Positions 19,542 to 30,087 of a DNA stretch of 64,000 nt are shown here, in pieces. Numbering within the stretch: the first letter of the stretch is position 1; every line of letters starts with the position of its first letter. The stretch is from a virus, in the IMG/VR virus record IMGVR_UViG_3300046328_000321, positions 32,001-96,000 of that record. The stretch is one strand, 5' to 3'. A model generated the notes under the pieces. The model was not told the origin of the DNA and searched no databases. It saw only the letters and a list, made by a program, of their open reading frames with translations. A program made the position numbers and the translations under genes.

Positions 19542-20126
19542 TTATGTATAAGTAAATGAAGTATCCTGACCTTCATGTAACTGGACTATTAACCCAGTAG
19601 CATCTGTACCAGCACTTACAACATCGATGGATATAATATCATCATCGTTTATAACAATACCGTTAGAAGGTAATGAATTGTTAAAATTTACAACAGCTGT
19701 TAGACTTGAGGTTTCATTAGCGTCAATAGACAGTAATGTACTTCCAGCTATATTAACACCATTCAAATTTACTTGTATGGTTACAAGTCCCATATTTGAA
19801 GGTATAAAAACACTGGCTCTTACATGTTTTAACAAGAAAGTTCGTGGAGATCTTAAATAAGCTACATTAACGCCTGCGGTTATAAACGTAGTAGTGTCTT
19901 TATACGCTAAAGCTAAAACTAGAGGATTAAAGATAGGTGAGTATTTTTTAACTGTGTCAGATCGAAGTCGTTCACTTGAAATATCAAGTAATGCTGTCGC
20001 ATTAACATCTGAGATATATGCATCTGTTTTATACTCATTACCGGTTTTAACATAGTAAAGAGTGGAAGCCTGTATGGCTGAAAGTAACGGTTTAGTCAAA
20101 ACCTTAGCTATACTAAGAATGTTCAT
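19542..20126 (-). CDS. Putative virion/tail accessory protein
   Basis: N-terminus resembles 16228-16800; beta-rich C-terminus. Confidence 0.6.
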   Translation of the reverse strand: MNILSIAKVLTKPLLSAIQASTLYYVKTGNEYKTDAYISDVNATALLDISSERLRSDTVKKYSPIFNPLVLALAYKDTTTFITAGVNVAYLRSPRTFLLKHVRASVFIPSNMGLVTIQVNLNGVNIAGSTLLSIDANETSSLTAVVNFNNSLPSNGIVINDDDIISIDVVSAGTDATGLIVQLHEGQDTSFTYT

Positions 20127-20138
20127 ATTGTTCCTTTT

Positions 20139-23100
20139 TTATTTATTCCAAACTCTAGTACAGTTTATCTCAACAGTTTTACCTTCATCAGTGGGATGAA
20201 AAGTTAAAGTTAGAGAATCTGTATCTAAAGATATTTCACCTGGAGATGGTAAGGCACCAGATATGATTACAGGGACCGTGTTATTATTAAGTTTGCCAGA
20301 AATAGCTGTATCTATAACCACTTCTTTACAGTTCATATCGAAAGATTCGGTACCCTGTAATTCATTTCCTAACTTAATGGCATTATCACTACCATTTGAA
20401 ACTATGGTTGTAACACCACAGAACTTATCAGATACCACATGGTCATTGGTACCATCGTATCCCAAACCAAACATAACATCAAGTCTACTATCTGCTTGCC
20501 TTATTGCTGAAACGACTATTGTATAAACAGTGTTACCATTTTTAGTAATAAATATTGTTGTACCAATGCGTTTTATACCGACATTATCCGAACTTGAAAC
20601 AGAGAACGATGAAATACCGGCAACAGCTCCATTTTTATTTGAGCTATCTCTAATGCTATAATGTAAGACGTCACTTGTACATATGTTAACAGTAGAAGAT
20701 GTGCTGAATAGTAAATAAATAAGTGGTCTATCACCACGCTTATGTTTACCCACACCTACAAAAGTAAATCTATTTAAAATATTTGACATATCTGCACATG
20801 ACACAGTCAACTCAAAATCACCCGTGACTTGTTTATCACCTACAGCAAATTGACCTACATTGTTACCAGGAAAAGTAACTCTATTGGATCCATCTAAATA
20901 AACATCTTTAGATTTAAATACAGAGTGCGCACTCACGATACCAGTGGGTAAATTGGATAATGCAGGTACTGTATTGCTTGTAAGTACAGGTACACCAGTT
21001 TCTGTTCTTGTAAAGAATGTAGGTACTTTGATACTCAGCCTTGTAGCGTTATCTTTTAAAACACCTTCAGCTAAACCAAATTTATAATAATTACCAGAAA
21101 TAAAAGATGTACCAGAAACACCGTTGGTAAAAGCTATGTTAATGCCGTATGCTAAGGGTTCAGGAGTCGACGATGTTAATTTAGAACCACTGTGATCGAG
21201 TTCCCAATTAGTCCCATTCCAACCATAATTCTTAGTACATATCCATCTAGAAGCACCACCGTGTGGGGTGTTGTTTAACCCAGCTGTAATAACACCAGCT
21301 CTGAAAGAGTACTTATCAATATTCAGATGTGCTATGAACATAGTGAATAAAACACCATCACTCAGCATAAATGACATTTGGCAATCGTAATTTGAAGAAT
21401 CAGAGACAATGTTACTACGTAACGTAGCATAGCTACCAGACGAATTATCGATCGATCTTAATATCGACATTACAGGGTAACCATAACCATTGTTACCACG
21501 TATCACTGTGTTGATAGTACCATCTAAATTAATAAGGTTATAACCTTCATTATTTTCAACTGTAAATCTATACCAAACACCATTATTTTTTACAAAATTG
21601 TAAGTTGATATAGACTTGTCACTTGAACTTGGGTAATTTGTTTTATTTACAGGTGATGTTGTTTGTCCAAATGTCATATAACTAACATGATTGTACAACC
21701 AATGTCCTTGTAAACCGTATATTTGACCTTTATTTCTTTTACAATCCTGATAATAACTGGTTACATAGTTAGATGTTTCAACAACGGTTGTATCTACCGA
21801 CCACCAGAATCCCAGTTTGGTACTAGATTCTGTCTTATAAACACAAAGCATCTGATCTGCACTAGATTCGAAGTCAACAACTAGATAGTTGATATATGTA
21901 TAATCAACAGGTATGAAAGGATTAGTCGTTGTGGAATCATAAAGGGTCCAACTTGTACCATCAAACGAAGCTAACGCGTCTAAACCAACTGCCCATATTT
22001 TATTATCATAACCAATGGCAACACCATTACAAGAACTAAAATTAGCATTTCTGTAACCTGTTACTGTGACTTGCTGCGCGGTTAAAGAGACTCTCGGATT
22101 AACAGTCCATAATCCAGTATCCCGACAAGCTATAAACACAACATCGTTTCTAACTGCTATTTGATGTATGTTAGTAAACGAACCAGTTATTCTCCAATAT
22201 CTAGATCCAGGTATCGAATAAAGAATAATCTCATTTTTTTTCGGTAATAAAACACTAGAAGCATCGTATGGTTTAGCTGCGGATATTTGTTCAGGTCCGT
22301 AAATATCAGGACTGACAACACCCATAACACCTTTGTTATTGTGAACAACAGCATAATCTGTGTCACTTAAAAGACCCGTGATAAGTTCAGGAACCTGTTT
22401 ATTTTTAGGTATGAGATTATACCCACTAACATAATCAACACCATTACTAACCTTAATAAAAGGTTGTACGCTATATTTATAAGAAGCTGATCCTACTGGA
22501 CCACCCGTTGTAATTTCTAAAGAGATTCGTTTTGCAAAGTCTTTCCTAAAATATAGATTAGGATTATTTGTAATTTCCTCATTCTCCCAGTCTCCAGTTA
22601 ACTGTATGGATCCGGAACCATTTGCAAGTGCGTCTATATCTAAGAAGTAGTCAGAATTAGTGTTACTACTTTCAAAAGCATAACCAAATATGTTTTGTAT
22701 CTTAGATCTGTTTCTATATACGTCTGAAAAATGTGTAAAATTTTGAACACGTTCTTCTCTGGTACCAATAGAGTTAAAAATACATCCTGATCTTTGATTG
22801 AAACCTAGATTCACAGAACCATCTGCGTGTTTTAAAGAATAATTTCTTTTATTTATAACAGGAAGATTAATATTTGGAATTATGGTTTCAGTGTAACACG
22901 ATGTTGTATTAGGGTGTGATCTAGTTGTTACTCTTACTATGTCTTCAGAAGAGTTTATATTTAAAATTGGAAAACAACTATAAGAATCAAAATAACCTAA
23001 AGTATTAGAATAAAAATTGTTAACCAACAGATTTTTTATCATTGACTTGTAAATTACCCAAGGGATTCCATTTGGGACATCAGTGTAGTCAAAAATAATT

Positions 23101-23546
23101 CTATAATAAATATCGTAATATTGACTTGTAGTTTGAATGCAAGGAGTAGCTAATTCAGTCAGTGTTAATAATTTTCCACTGCTACTTTCTAACATCACAG
23201 ATTTGATGGTTCTAGATACAGTTGAAGGAGGAGCAAAACGTGCCGAATATTGAAGTATCGCTGGTGTTGATTGTGTTTCATCAATGAAAGACCAGGCGGG
23301 GACACCAAATACATCACCAGAACGAACTAAAGACTCAAATCCATTTGAATCATTTGTATGAACAGTATATGGATACAAAGTAGGTTTATAAATCGCTGTG
23401 GATAATCGGACATTTAACTGTAGATTTCCACCCTCGACAGTAAAGTTTCTAATAAATCCATCACCTATGATGTTTTTACATTCAAATTCATTTTCTACTT
23501 CACTGGTTTGAATATTTACAGCTTTGATTGTAATGATACCTTGCAT
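20139..23546 (-). CDS. Large beta-rich virion protein (tail fibre or baseplate-like)
   Basis: 1135 aa, S/T/N-rich, beta-propeller-like segment (IWAVGLDALASFDGTSW). Confidence 0.65.
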   Translation of the reverse strand: MQGIITIKAVNIQTSEVENEFECKNIIGDGFIRNFTVEGGNLQLNVRLSTAIYKPTLYPYTVHTNDSNGFESLVRSGDVFGVPAWSFIDETQSTPAILQYSARFAPPSTVSRTIKSVMLESSSGKLLTLTELATPCIQTTSQYYDIYYRIIFDYTDVPNGIPWVIYKSMIKNLLVNNFYSNTLGYFDSYSCFPILNINSSEDIVRVTTRSHPNTTSCYTETIIPNINLPVINKRNYSLKHADGSVNLGFNQRSGCIFNSIGTREERVQNFTHFSDVYRNRSKIQNIFGYAFESSNTNSDYFLDIDALANGSGSIQLTGDWENEEITNNPNLYFRKDFAKRISLEITTGGPVGSASYKYSVQPFIKVSNGVDYVSGYNLIPKNKQVPELITGLLSDTDYAVVHNNKGVMGVVSPDIYGPEQISAAKPYDASSVLLPKKNEIILYSIPGSRYWRITGSFTNIHQIAVRNDVVFIACRDTGLWTVNPRVSLTAQQVTVTGYRNANFSSCNGVAIGYDNKIWAVGLDALASFDGTSWTLYDSTTTNPFIPVDYTYINYLVVDFESSADQMLCVYKTESSTKLGFWWSVDTTVVETSNYVTSYYQDCKRNKGQIYGLQGHWLYNHVSYMTFGQTTSPVNKTNYPSSSDKSISTYNFVKNNGVWYRFTVENNEGYNLINLDGTINTVIRGNNGYGYPVMSILRSIDNSSGSYATLRSNIVSDSSNYDCQMSFMLSDGVLFTMFIAHLNIDKYSFRAGVITAGLNNTPHGGASRWICTKNYGWNGTNWELDHSGSKLTSSTPEPLAYGINIAFTNGVSGTSFISGNYYKFGLAEGVLKDNATRLSIKVPTFFTRTETGVPVLTSNTVPALSNLPTGIVSAHSVFKSKDVYLDGSNRVTFPGNNVGQFAVGDKQVTGDFELTVSCADMSNILNRFTFVGVGKHKRGDRPLIYLLFSTSSTVNICTSDVLHYSIRDSSNKNGAVAGISSFSVSSSDNVGIKRIGTTIFITKNGNTVYTIVVSAIRQADSRLDVMFGLGYDGTNDHVVSDKFCGVTTIVSNGSDNAIKLGNELQGTESFDMNCKEVVIDTAISGKLNNNTVPVIISGALPSPGEISLDTDSLTLTFHPTDEGKTVEINCTRVWNK

Positions 23547-23558
23547 GATTTTCCTTAT

Positions 23559-24593
23559 TTAACCCAAAGAAGAGTATTCGAAAGCTTTGACTTCTACAAC
23601 AGATTGAGATCCCAGAACATAACCGATAGATGAAAATAACATATCGTTAGCAGTATTATTGGATACAAGTTGTCGTTCAATGACTTCTAAAACATTAGAT
23701 ATTGATTCAACATATGTTAAATTTGTTACAATACCATGTTCTGAATCTGATGTATAAGTGGATTCTATGGTTCGCGTAACAGTTTCTAAAACCTCATTTA
23801 TACCAGATGTGTATTTAATAGATGTATTTACAGTAGTATCATCAGTTATACCTAAATCAGGATCTGTTATAAAATTCAGAGAGGAATAACTTTTAGCAGA
23901 CGTTTGACTTGCTTCGTAATTAGTACGTGAATAAAATTTATAACTAACATCAGTTAACAATCCGTTTAGATATAGCAATACAGATGATGCATCATTATAG
24001 AAAGTTGTACTTATAATAACATCATTACCATTTAATAGTTGGGTTAGCAATACGTCAGAACCAACCACCTTAGAGTTTGTGACAAGCACAGCACGTTGTA
24101 TGTCATTCAATGCTGCGGAACCAGGCGGTCTAAATGATGGTATTAAATCACTGAACGCATCATCTATGTACAATCCAGATTGGTGTGGCCCGTCTCTATA
24201 CCCTAAATAAGTCTTTAAAATATCAGTAGGTACTGCGCTGACTAAAATCTGTCTAGACTTAACTATACTTGTACCACGATCTAAAGTAAATTTAAATACT
24301 TTATTGTCTCGAACAGCAGGTTGTTGAAATAACACAGTCTGTTGATTTTGCGGCTCCAACCAAATAACAGGAGTTCCAGTTAACTGTTCCCAAAGAAATG
24401 TATGATTTGTTAGATCTCCTATCAGCGTTGCATTTAATGTAATGATATCATCGCAAGAAACAGTCATGACTGCATCAAGCTGTATAGAAATGTTATCGAG
24501 AACGTTTCTAAATATATGACTTTGTGGATTGACAAATGGCATAAATCCCTCTTTATTTACTATCAAGTAATCACAAGATGATCGTAAAATCAA
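23559..24593 (-). CDS. Putative virion protein with PKD/Ig-like domain (start likely 24542)
   Basis: ITLNATL...TFLWEQLTG...VFKFTL pattern. Confidence 0.55.
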   Translation of the reverse strand: MILRSSCDYLIVNKEGFMPFVNPQSHIFRNVLDNISIQLDAVMTVSCDDIITLNATLIGDLTNHTFLWEQLTGTPVIWLEPQNQQTVLFQQPAVRDNKVFKFTLDRGTSIVKSRQILVSAVPTDILKTYLGYRDGPHQSGLYIDDAFSDLIPSFRPPGSAALNDIQRAVLVTNSKVVGSDVLLTQLLNGNDVIISTTFYNDASSVLLYLNGLLTDVSYKFYSRTNYEASQTSAKSYSSLNFITDPDLGITDDTTVNTSIKYTSGINEVLETVTRTIESTYTSDSEHGIVTNLTYVESISNVLEVIERQLVSNNTANDMLFSSIGYVLGSQSVVEVKAFEYSSLG

Positions 24594-24728
24594 GACTGCT
24601 TGACATTAATAGTTTAACAGAGAATGTCGGTACCGACTTCCTGTATTTTTTTTTTTCTGTCTTTTAGAGAATATATTAATACTACATACTTTATTTGAAC
24701 TAACTTTAAAAAGGGTTCAAATGGTTAA

Positions 24729-25337
24729 ATGATTATCAGGTTCAAATCTTACAGCCTAAAATATCGAATCTCACCAATGTGTTTCAACGTTTTTCAAAAT
24801 GGTGGATACCCAAGATTTAAATATAAACATTTTAGACAATTTATTCAACACGCTGGAATGTTGAAAAACCATAAAGAAAGTAACATGACAATAGAAATCA
24901 AATTTAAAACCCGTAGAGTTGTTAAGAAGAGGTATAAGACTTACAACCCTGTGACCTTTGCTGTTCCCAAAGAACTAAAGGATAAGATCCGTCGGGTATT
25001 TGAGTTGACGATCGCAGCGATCAAGACTAACACTGGTACTGTCACGGATTGGTACAACGTTGCCTTTCGCACCAAGCATGCTCTTGAGATAGCCAAAGTA
25101 GTCTATACAGATGAAACTGTTAAAGAATTTCAAACCATCTTTGACATGTTGGTATTGAAAGCTTCTGAACATGAATCGAATCTCAACTGGTTTCGATTCA
25201 ATGAAAACGAAGTGGCGTTGGTAGAAGACATGCATGAAGCCATGTGTGTGATGGAAGACGATGTTACCAGACGTATACAGTTAGAAACCATACACATAAC
25301 TGACAGGTACATGAAACAGTTTATAAACAAATCATGA
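24729..25337 (+). CDS. Hypothetical protein
   Basis: ORF downstream of the promoter motif; start uncertain (may be 24885). Confidence 0.55.
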   Translation: MIIRFKSYSLKYRISPMCFNVFQNGGYPRFKYKHFRQFIQHAGMLKNHKESNMTIEIKFKTRRVVKKRYKTYNPVTFAVPKELKDKIRRVFELTIAAIKTNTGTVTDWYNVAFRTKHALEIAKVVYTDETVKEFQTIFDMLVLKASEHESNLNWFRFNENEVALVEDMHEAMCVMEDDVTRRIQLETIHITDRYMKQFINKS

Positions 25338-25729
25338 ATCAATTAAATTTATTTACCAAACAGACAGGTAAACCCAAAAACAATTTACTAAAACCAGTTC
25401 TATCTCCTTCTAATATTAAACCCACTGCTTCAGGTTTATTTTATACAAGTATTGATAAAACATATAGTTGGGCCAATCGAATAAGAACTAACTATTGTTT
25501 TACGATTAAGGATAAAATTTCATTTGGAAAAGTTAAAATAGTTGAGTTGATTTTAAACCAAGATATTTTATCTGCTGAAGAATATAGTAAGCTTTCTAAA
25601 TGGGAAAAAAGAAATGTAGATCATTGGTTAAATGAAGATAAAACAAAAGCCATGATTAAAACACCTATGACAGTCAGAGTTCTGACAGAAACAGAAGCTT
25701 GGTACTACTGGGTAACTAAAGATTTTTAA
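25334..25729 (+). CDS. Hypothetical protein
   Basis: ATGA-coupled ORF. Confidence 0.55.
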   Translation: MNQLNLFTKQTGKPKNNLLKPVLSPSNIKPTASGLFYTSIDKTYSWANRIRTNYCFTIKDKISFGKVKIVELILNQDILSAEEYSKLSKWEKRNVDHWLNEDKTKAMIKTPMTVRVLTETEAWYYWVTKDF

Positions 25730-25783
25730 AATAAATAAACATATTTTACAAGACTGAGCCACATTTGGCTCAGTCTTGTATAT

Positions 25784-25999
25784 TTATTTTTTTACATTAT
25801 CATTCTGCTGCCATTTATCATCAATTGTGGCAAACCCTATATATGTTCCCACCACACCCATAACAAAAATATAAAAAGGACCAGCAACAGCACCTAATTG
25901 CGTATTGTTGCTATATAACAACAGCAATGGAAATCCTAAACCAGCGAGTAGTGATAACCAAGCCATTCGTCTTCTATTTCTCCATCTGTCTTGTTGCAT
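25784..25999 (-). CDS. Small two-TM membrane protein (holin-like)
   Basis: RWRNRRRMAW basic N-terminus followed by two hydrophobic helices; GAGG RBS. Confidence 0.6.
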   Translation of the reverse strand: MQQDRWRNRRRMAWLSLLAGLGFPLLLLYSNNTQLGAVAGPFYIFVMGVVGTYIGFATIDDKWQQNDNVKK

Positions 26000-26156
26000 A
26001 TAACCTCTTTGAAAATAATGAGTATACTTTATACTCAAAAAATTTATCATAAATTAACTGTTTGTAAATTATTTTGACCACATGTATTTTAATTGAAGTT
26101 TGGTATTTCACCAAGCATTATTAACACATAGGCTAATAACCAACTGTGTTTAAATC

Positions 26157-26528
26157 ATGGCAATTTTTTACAAGGGTGTTTTACGCTCATTGTTGAATGA
26201 TAACTTTCGTCCTGGCACTGTGACGAAAGACTTCAAAGAAGCGTTGCGGTGGGCAGAACGTATCAAAGGATCTGTTAAGAAGGGGCCTTCGCGACACATC
26301 AGTCATGGTAAGTCATGTGTCATCGAGATCATTTTTGATGAAAGAAAACTTCATCACCATGATGAGTTTCAAAAGTCAGGAGTGTCTGAACATGATCGAA
26401 AAAATTGTTGGACTTCAATAGCACATGTCAAAGCTCAGATCAACTCCAAAGTTGAATATCGAGTACTGACAGATGAAGAAGTCTGGGACATGTTTACTCT
26501 CAACACGAGTCAATCATGTTTATTTTGA
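26157..26528 (+). CDS. Hypothetical protein
   Basis: First gene after promoter motif ~26062-26097. Confidence 0.6.
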   Translation: MAIFYKGVLRSLLNDNFRPGTVTKDFKEALRWAERIKGSVKKGPSRHISHGKSCVIEIIFDERKLHHHDEFQKSGVSEHDRKNCWTSIAHVKAQINSKVEYRVLTDEEVWDMFTLNTSQSCLF

Positions 26529-26761
26529 TTTTCACCCGTCACAAAGATCCTAAATGGATTAACAAAATTGTGGTCTGCGATATCAGAACCCTTTTCAATC
26601 TTGCAAAAAGTCTGGACAGTTCTTCTGAAATAAAATCTTGGAACATACCAGAAATTCAGCGAAAAGGTGGAGTTAAGAAAGTTTTTGGTTGGAACGATAG
26701 GTCGGATCATTGGAAAAAATTCGACCTTAGTCTCACAGATGATGTCAGCGTAGTCTCTTAA
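26516..26761 (+). CDS. Hypothetical protein
   Basis: Operon packing. Confidence 0.5.
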   Translation: MFILIFTRHKDPKWINKIVVCDIRTLFNLAKSLDSSSEIKSWNIPEIQRKGGVKKVFGWNDRSDHWKKFDLSLTDDVSVVS

Positions 26762-26778
26762 AACAGAAAGGATCAATC

Positions 26779-27702
26779 ATGGAACGTTTCTATGGAAAGA
26801 AAGTGGAGATTCATTTCCACAAAAATTGTAAAGATGGTTTTACCTCAGCATATCTGTTCTACAGATATATGACAAATGTTTGCCGAGAAATCATCTTTAC
26901 ACCTGTTCAATATGACATGAGTCCTCCTATGTTGGCTGATGATGTTGATGCCTTGGTGATTGTCGATTTCAGTTATTCTGTTGAACAAACAGAAAAGTAC
27001 AGAACTGAAGTTAAGAACCTTGTCTTCATGGACCATCACCTCAAAGCAGCTAAAGACCATGGAGGTTATTGTTTTTGTGAAGTGAAGAGTGAATTTGGTC
27101 TATTCACAAAGATCATCAAAGAAGAGCGTTCAGGCGCTGGTCTCATGATGGATTTTTTGGAAGATATTGGGTTCGACATCATCGACATTCATAAAGAGGT
27201 AGCCCTCGCTGTGGAAGATCGGGATTTGTGGAATTTTAAACTTCCAAAAACAAAGTACTGGACACAAGTCTTGAACAACGTACATATGACGTTTGAGGCT
27301 TGGGATCAACTCTTAAATAACAAGGTTGCTTTGTCAGATGCATTTTCAAAGGCAGTTATTCAGGTAGAACAGTATGAGTTTATGGTGGCAGGTTATGTCA
27401 AACATTCTGTGACTGTTAATACATCTGAGGGACCTATGGCTTTGATCAATTGTGCTTCTAACTTTGCATCTTCTGTTGGTGAGACTTTGAGTAAAACCCA
27501 TGCATTTGCTTGCATGTTCATTGTTTCACCTAAGGACAAAATTGTAATTTGTTCTCTGAGAAGTGACAAAGAAACAGGTGTGGACGTGTGCGCAATCGCC
27601 GAAAAACATGGTGGTGGCGGACATCGCAATGCTGCTGGATTCTCATTCAGCTTATCTGACACCATGACTATGGCTAAGTTGATGGACGGATCTTTGTTTT
27701 AA
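26779..27702 (+). CDS. DHH/DHHA1 phosphoesterase
   Basis: HKNCKDGFTSA, IVDFS, MDHH, EDRDLW, SLRS, GGGGHRNAAGF. Confidence 0.9.
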   Translation: MERFYGKKVEIHFHKNCKDGFTSAYLFYRYMTNVCREIIFTPVQYDMSPPMLADDVDALVIVDFSYSVEQTEKYRTEVKNLVFMDHHLKAAKDHGGYCFCEVKSEFGLFTKIIKEERSGAGLMMDFLEDIGFDIIDIHKEVALAVEDRDLWNFKLPKTKYWTQVLNNVHMTFEAWDQLLNNKVALSDAFSKAVIQVEQYEFMVAGYVKHSVTVNTSEGPMALINCASNFASSVGETLSKTHAFACMFIVSPKDKIVICSLRSDKETGVDVCAIAEKHGGGGHRNAAGFSFSLSDTMTMAKLMDGSLF

Positions 27703-27755
27703 CAAACTGTAAAAAAGAAGAGGGTAAACCTCTTCTTTTTTATTAAAGGATTAAA

Positions 27756-28142
27756 ATGAAACTATATTTTACCACAGATTTTCTTTGTGAGTTGATAGAC
27801 CGTACTACCAAGAAAGTATTTTTCTCAGAAATAATTAGAATTAAACACATAGGTTACATTCATGAAGGTCAAAACATTGATAATTTTGATTTCACAAAAA
27901 ACATAGGAGTAACTTTAGATTTTAAGAATGTGATATTATCAGCATTAGATGACCGTAGTAAATTTGTTCCGTCTTTGAAAAACACAGTAAAAACAAAAAA
28001 TTTTTATATTGACATTTGTCAGCTGTCAAATACCACGCATACTGTTGAGACAGATGTAAAAAACGACAACAATCCATATCTGATAAAAATTGTTGACAAT
28101 TATTGCATAGTAAACATGTCTGACCTTTTTTTATCAAAGTAA
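27756..28142 (+). CDS. Hypothetical protein
   Basis: AAGGA RBS. Confidence 0.55.
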   Translation: MKLYFTTDFLCELIDRTTKKVFFSEIIRIKHIGYIHEGQNIDNFDFTKNIGVTLDFKNVILSALDDRSKFVPSLKNTVKTKNFYIDICQLSNTTHTVETDVKNDNNPYLIKIVDNYCIVNMSDLFLSK

Positions 28143-28209
28143 CCTACATTGTGGAAATAAAAATTTCCACAATGTAGGTCAATCTTTTAGAAGGAAACAA
28201 AAGGACAAA

Positions 28210-28647
28210 ATGCATTCATTTATAATAGATAAGACATTACCAGACTTTAAAGACTGTACGTGTCTTACAACATTTTTCAATTTAATTGGTGAATATCTAT
28301 TTCTGTGTTTCAGCAATGATACAGATGATGTTTATTTGTTTGATGGAAATTTTAGAATTTTAATGGAGTTTTCATCGGGCGGTGAGGTGTACTCTATAGC
28401 TACTGACTGTAAAACAAAAATAAAACTTGGATCATTTACAGCTCCACACAGCAATAAATGGGACAGTCAGTTAGAATTCACACCAAATTCTTCATTCAGT
28501 TTAATATTAAATGTTTTTCAACAACATGCTGAAGCCTACATAGAAAGAGAAAAGAAACTTTGTAAGTTTCTAATAAATGGTAAAGATCCACAGATCTTAA
28601 AAGATTTTATAGCTGGACATTGGGATAAATTCCCTAAGAAAGGTTAG
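28210..28647 (+). CDS. Hypothetical protein
   Basis: AAGGA RBS. Confidence 0.55.
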   Translation: MHSFIIDKTLPDFKDCTCLTTFFNLIGEYLFLCFSNDTDDVYLFDGNFRILMEFSSGGEVYSIATDCKTKIKLGSFTAPHSNKWDSQLEFTPNSSFSLILNVFQQHAEAYIEREKKLCKFLINGKDPQILKDFIAGHWDKFPKKG

Positions 28648-28648
28648 T

Positions 28649-28879
28649 ATGTTCATCGTTTTCGATATTCTTTATAAAAGTAATGGTGTTGAACGAATCG
28701 AAATGGCTGTATCTTCAGCTAAAGAAGCTGTGACAACTATCTGCTTACTATATGATCATCCCAGGGTCAAGGCTTTCAAAATGAGTCAATTTAGCCCTTC
28801 TGATTTGGGTATGGGTCCGAACGAAAATTATGAAAAATATCGTAAAGATAGTTTCACACAGCAAGACTATCGAGATTAA
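28649..28879 (+). CDS. Hypothetical protein
   Basis: Operon packing. Confidence 0.55.
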   Translation: MFIVFDILYKSNGVERIEMAVSSAKEAVTTICLLYDHPRVKAFKMSQFSPSDLGMGPNENYEKYRKDSFTQQDYRD

Positions 28880-28891
28880 AAGAAAAATAAC

Positions 28892-29350
28892 ATGGAAAAC
28901 GTTTTGAGAATGTACAAACAGCAACTTGATGAAATCATCCGGGAAGCTGAAAGCGACGGTGTGGTTCTGACCATTGAGTTGGTCAGCAAAAAGCCATTAG
29001 CTATGGGTAATCACCGTATGGTTTCGTTTGTTCGTGAAAAACGAAAATTAGCCACAGCGAATTCTGAGATGCATAAAGCATTAGATGAATCTGTTAAACA
29101 GGCTGGTAGTGTTTTAGCCGGTGATTCTGTTAAAGAACCCCCGTTTAAAATTTCCAAGTCCTCTATCGATCTGTATAGATGTGTATATCCCAGCAACCCC
29201 GCACTTCGTTTGGGTCAAACTTTTCACCAGTATTTCAAACTGGAAAAAATCACCAATCCCGAAGCTAAGGTACTTGCCGATCGTATTTACAACGCTGACG
29301 AGGTTGAGATCAAAGATTTGATTGACTACATCACAGATTGGAGCAATTGA
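28892..29350 (+). CDS. Hypothetical protein
   Basis: Appears two-domain; LRLGQTF motif in the C-terminal half. Confidence 0.6.
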   Translation: MENVLRMYKQQLDEIIREAESDGVVLTIELVSKKPLAMGNHRMVSFVREKRKLATANSEMHKALDESVKQAGSVLAGDSVKEPPFKISKSSIDLYRCVYPSNPALRLGQTFHQYFKLEKITNPEAKVLADRIYNADEVEIKDLIDYITDWSN

Positions 29351-29586
29351 TGATTCCGAAAAGCAGGATCGCTGATGCGTGGAACAGATTCTTCAACATT
29401 CCACCCTTTAAAGACTATAAAGTCAAAGCCAGCAGTGAAGAAGAGCGTACGGCCATTTCACAAACTGTGGATCAAAAGAAACTTGCTTGCGACTACGACA
29501 AAATAGCCATGTCAGACAAGTGTACTTTCTATCTCACAGATGGTGAAGTGGTTTGCGCTACATGTGGCAAGACTATCAGAGTCTAA
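29338..29586 (+). CDS. Hypothetical protein with C-terminal Cys cluster
   Basis: C..CATCG possible zinc ribbon. Confidence 0.55.
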   Translation: MEQLMIPKSRIADAWNRFFNIPPFKDYKVKASSEEERTAISQTVDQKKLACDYDKIAMSDKCTFYLTDGEVVCATCGKTIRV

Positions 29587-29637
29587 AGAAGAACAGGCCG
29601 AAGCCTGTTCTTCTTTTTCATTTAAATAAGGTAACAC

Positions 29638-29964
29638 ATGCATACGTATGAAGAATTGATGGCCTGTGACAAGTTCACTTTGGTTGAATACATCAAAGAT
29701 CTGGAAACAGAACTTGAAGGATTAAGCACCAGAATAGGTCCTCTTATCATGTCAAAAGAATCTTACGATAGAGTAGAGGTGGTGTTCCCTGACAATGTTT
29801 ACAAACCTTTTGAAGAAATCATAGGTAAAGCTGTTTGGGAAATGCAAAATTTGTTACAACTGCGTGAAGCAGCAGCTGTGTCAGGAGCCATGCGTTGGTC
29901 TTGGTCCCAAGAAGCTGGTATTGTTTCCGATAATCCATCAGTTAAAAAGTTTCGTTATGTCTAA
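29638..29964 (+). CDS. Hypothetical protein
   Basis: AAGGT RBS. Confidence 0.55.
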   Translation: MHTYEELMACDKFTLVEYIKDLETELEGLSTRIGPLIMSKESYDRVEVVFPDNVYKPFEEIIGKAVWEMQNLLQLREAAAVSGAMRWSWSQEAGIVSDNPSVKKFRYV

Positions 29965-30087
29965 ATGAGAGAGATCTATTTTACTTATTCAGAAGTTCAA
30001 CATGGAATTTCATAAGGTCCGTGAAGTCAAATAAGGTAAATTTTATATATCTGAACAAGAATCCAGACTGACATCTTTAAGAAGAAG

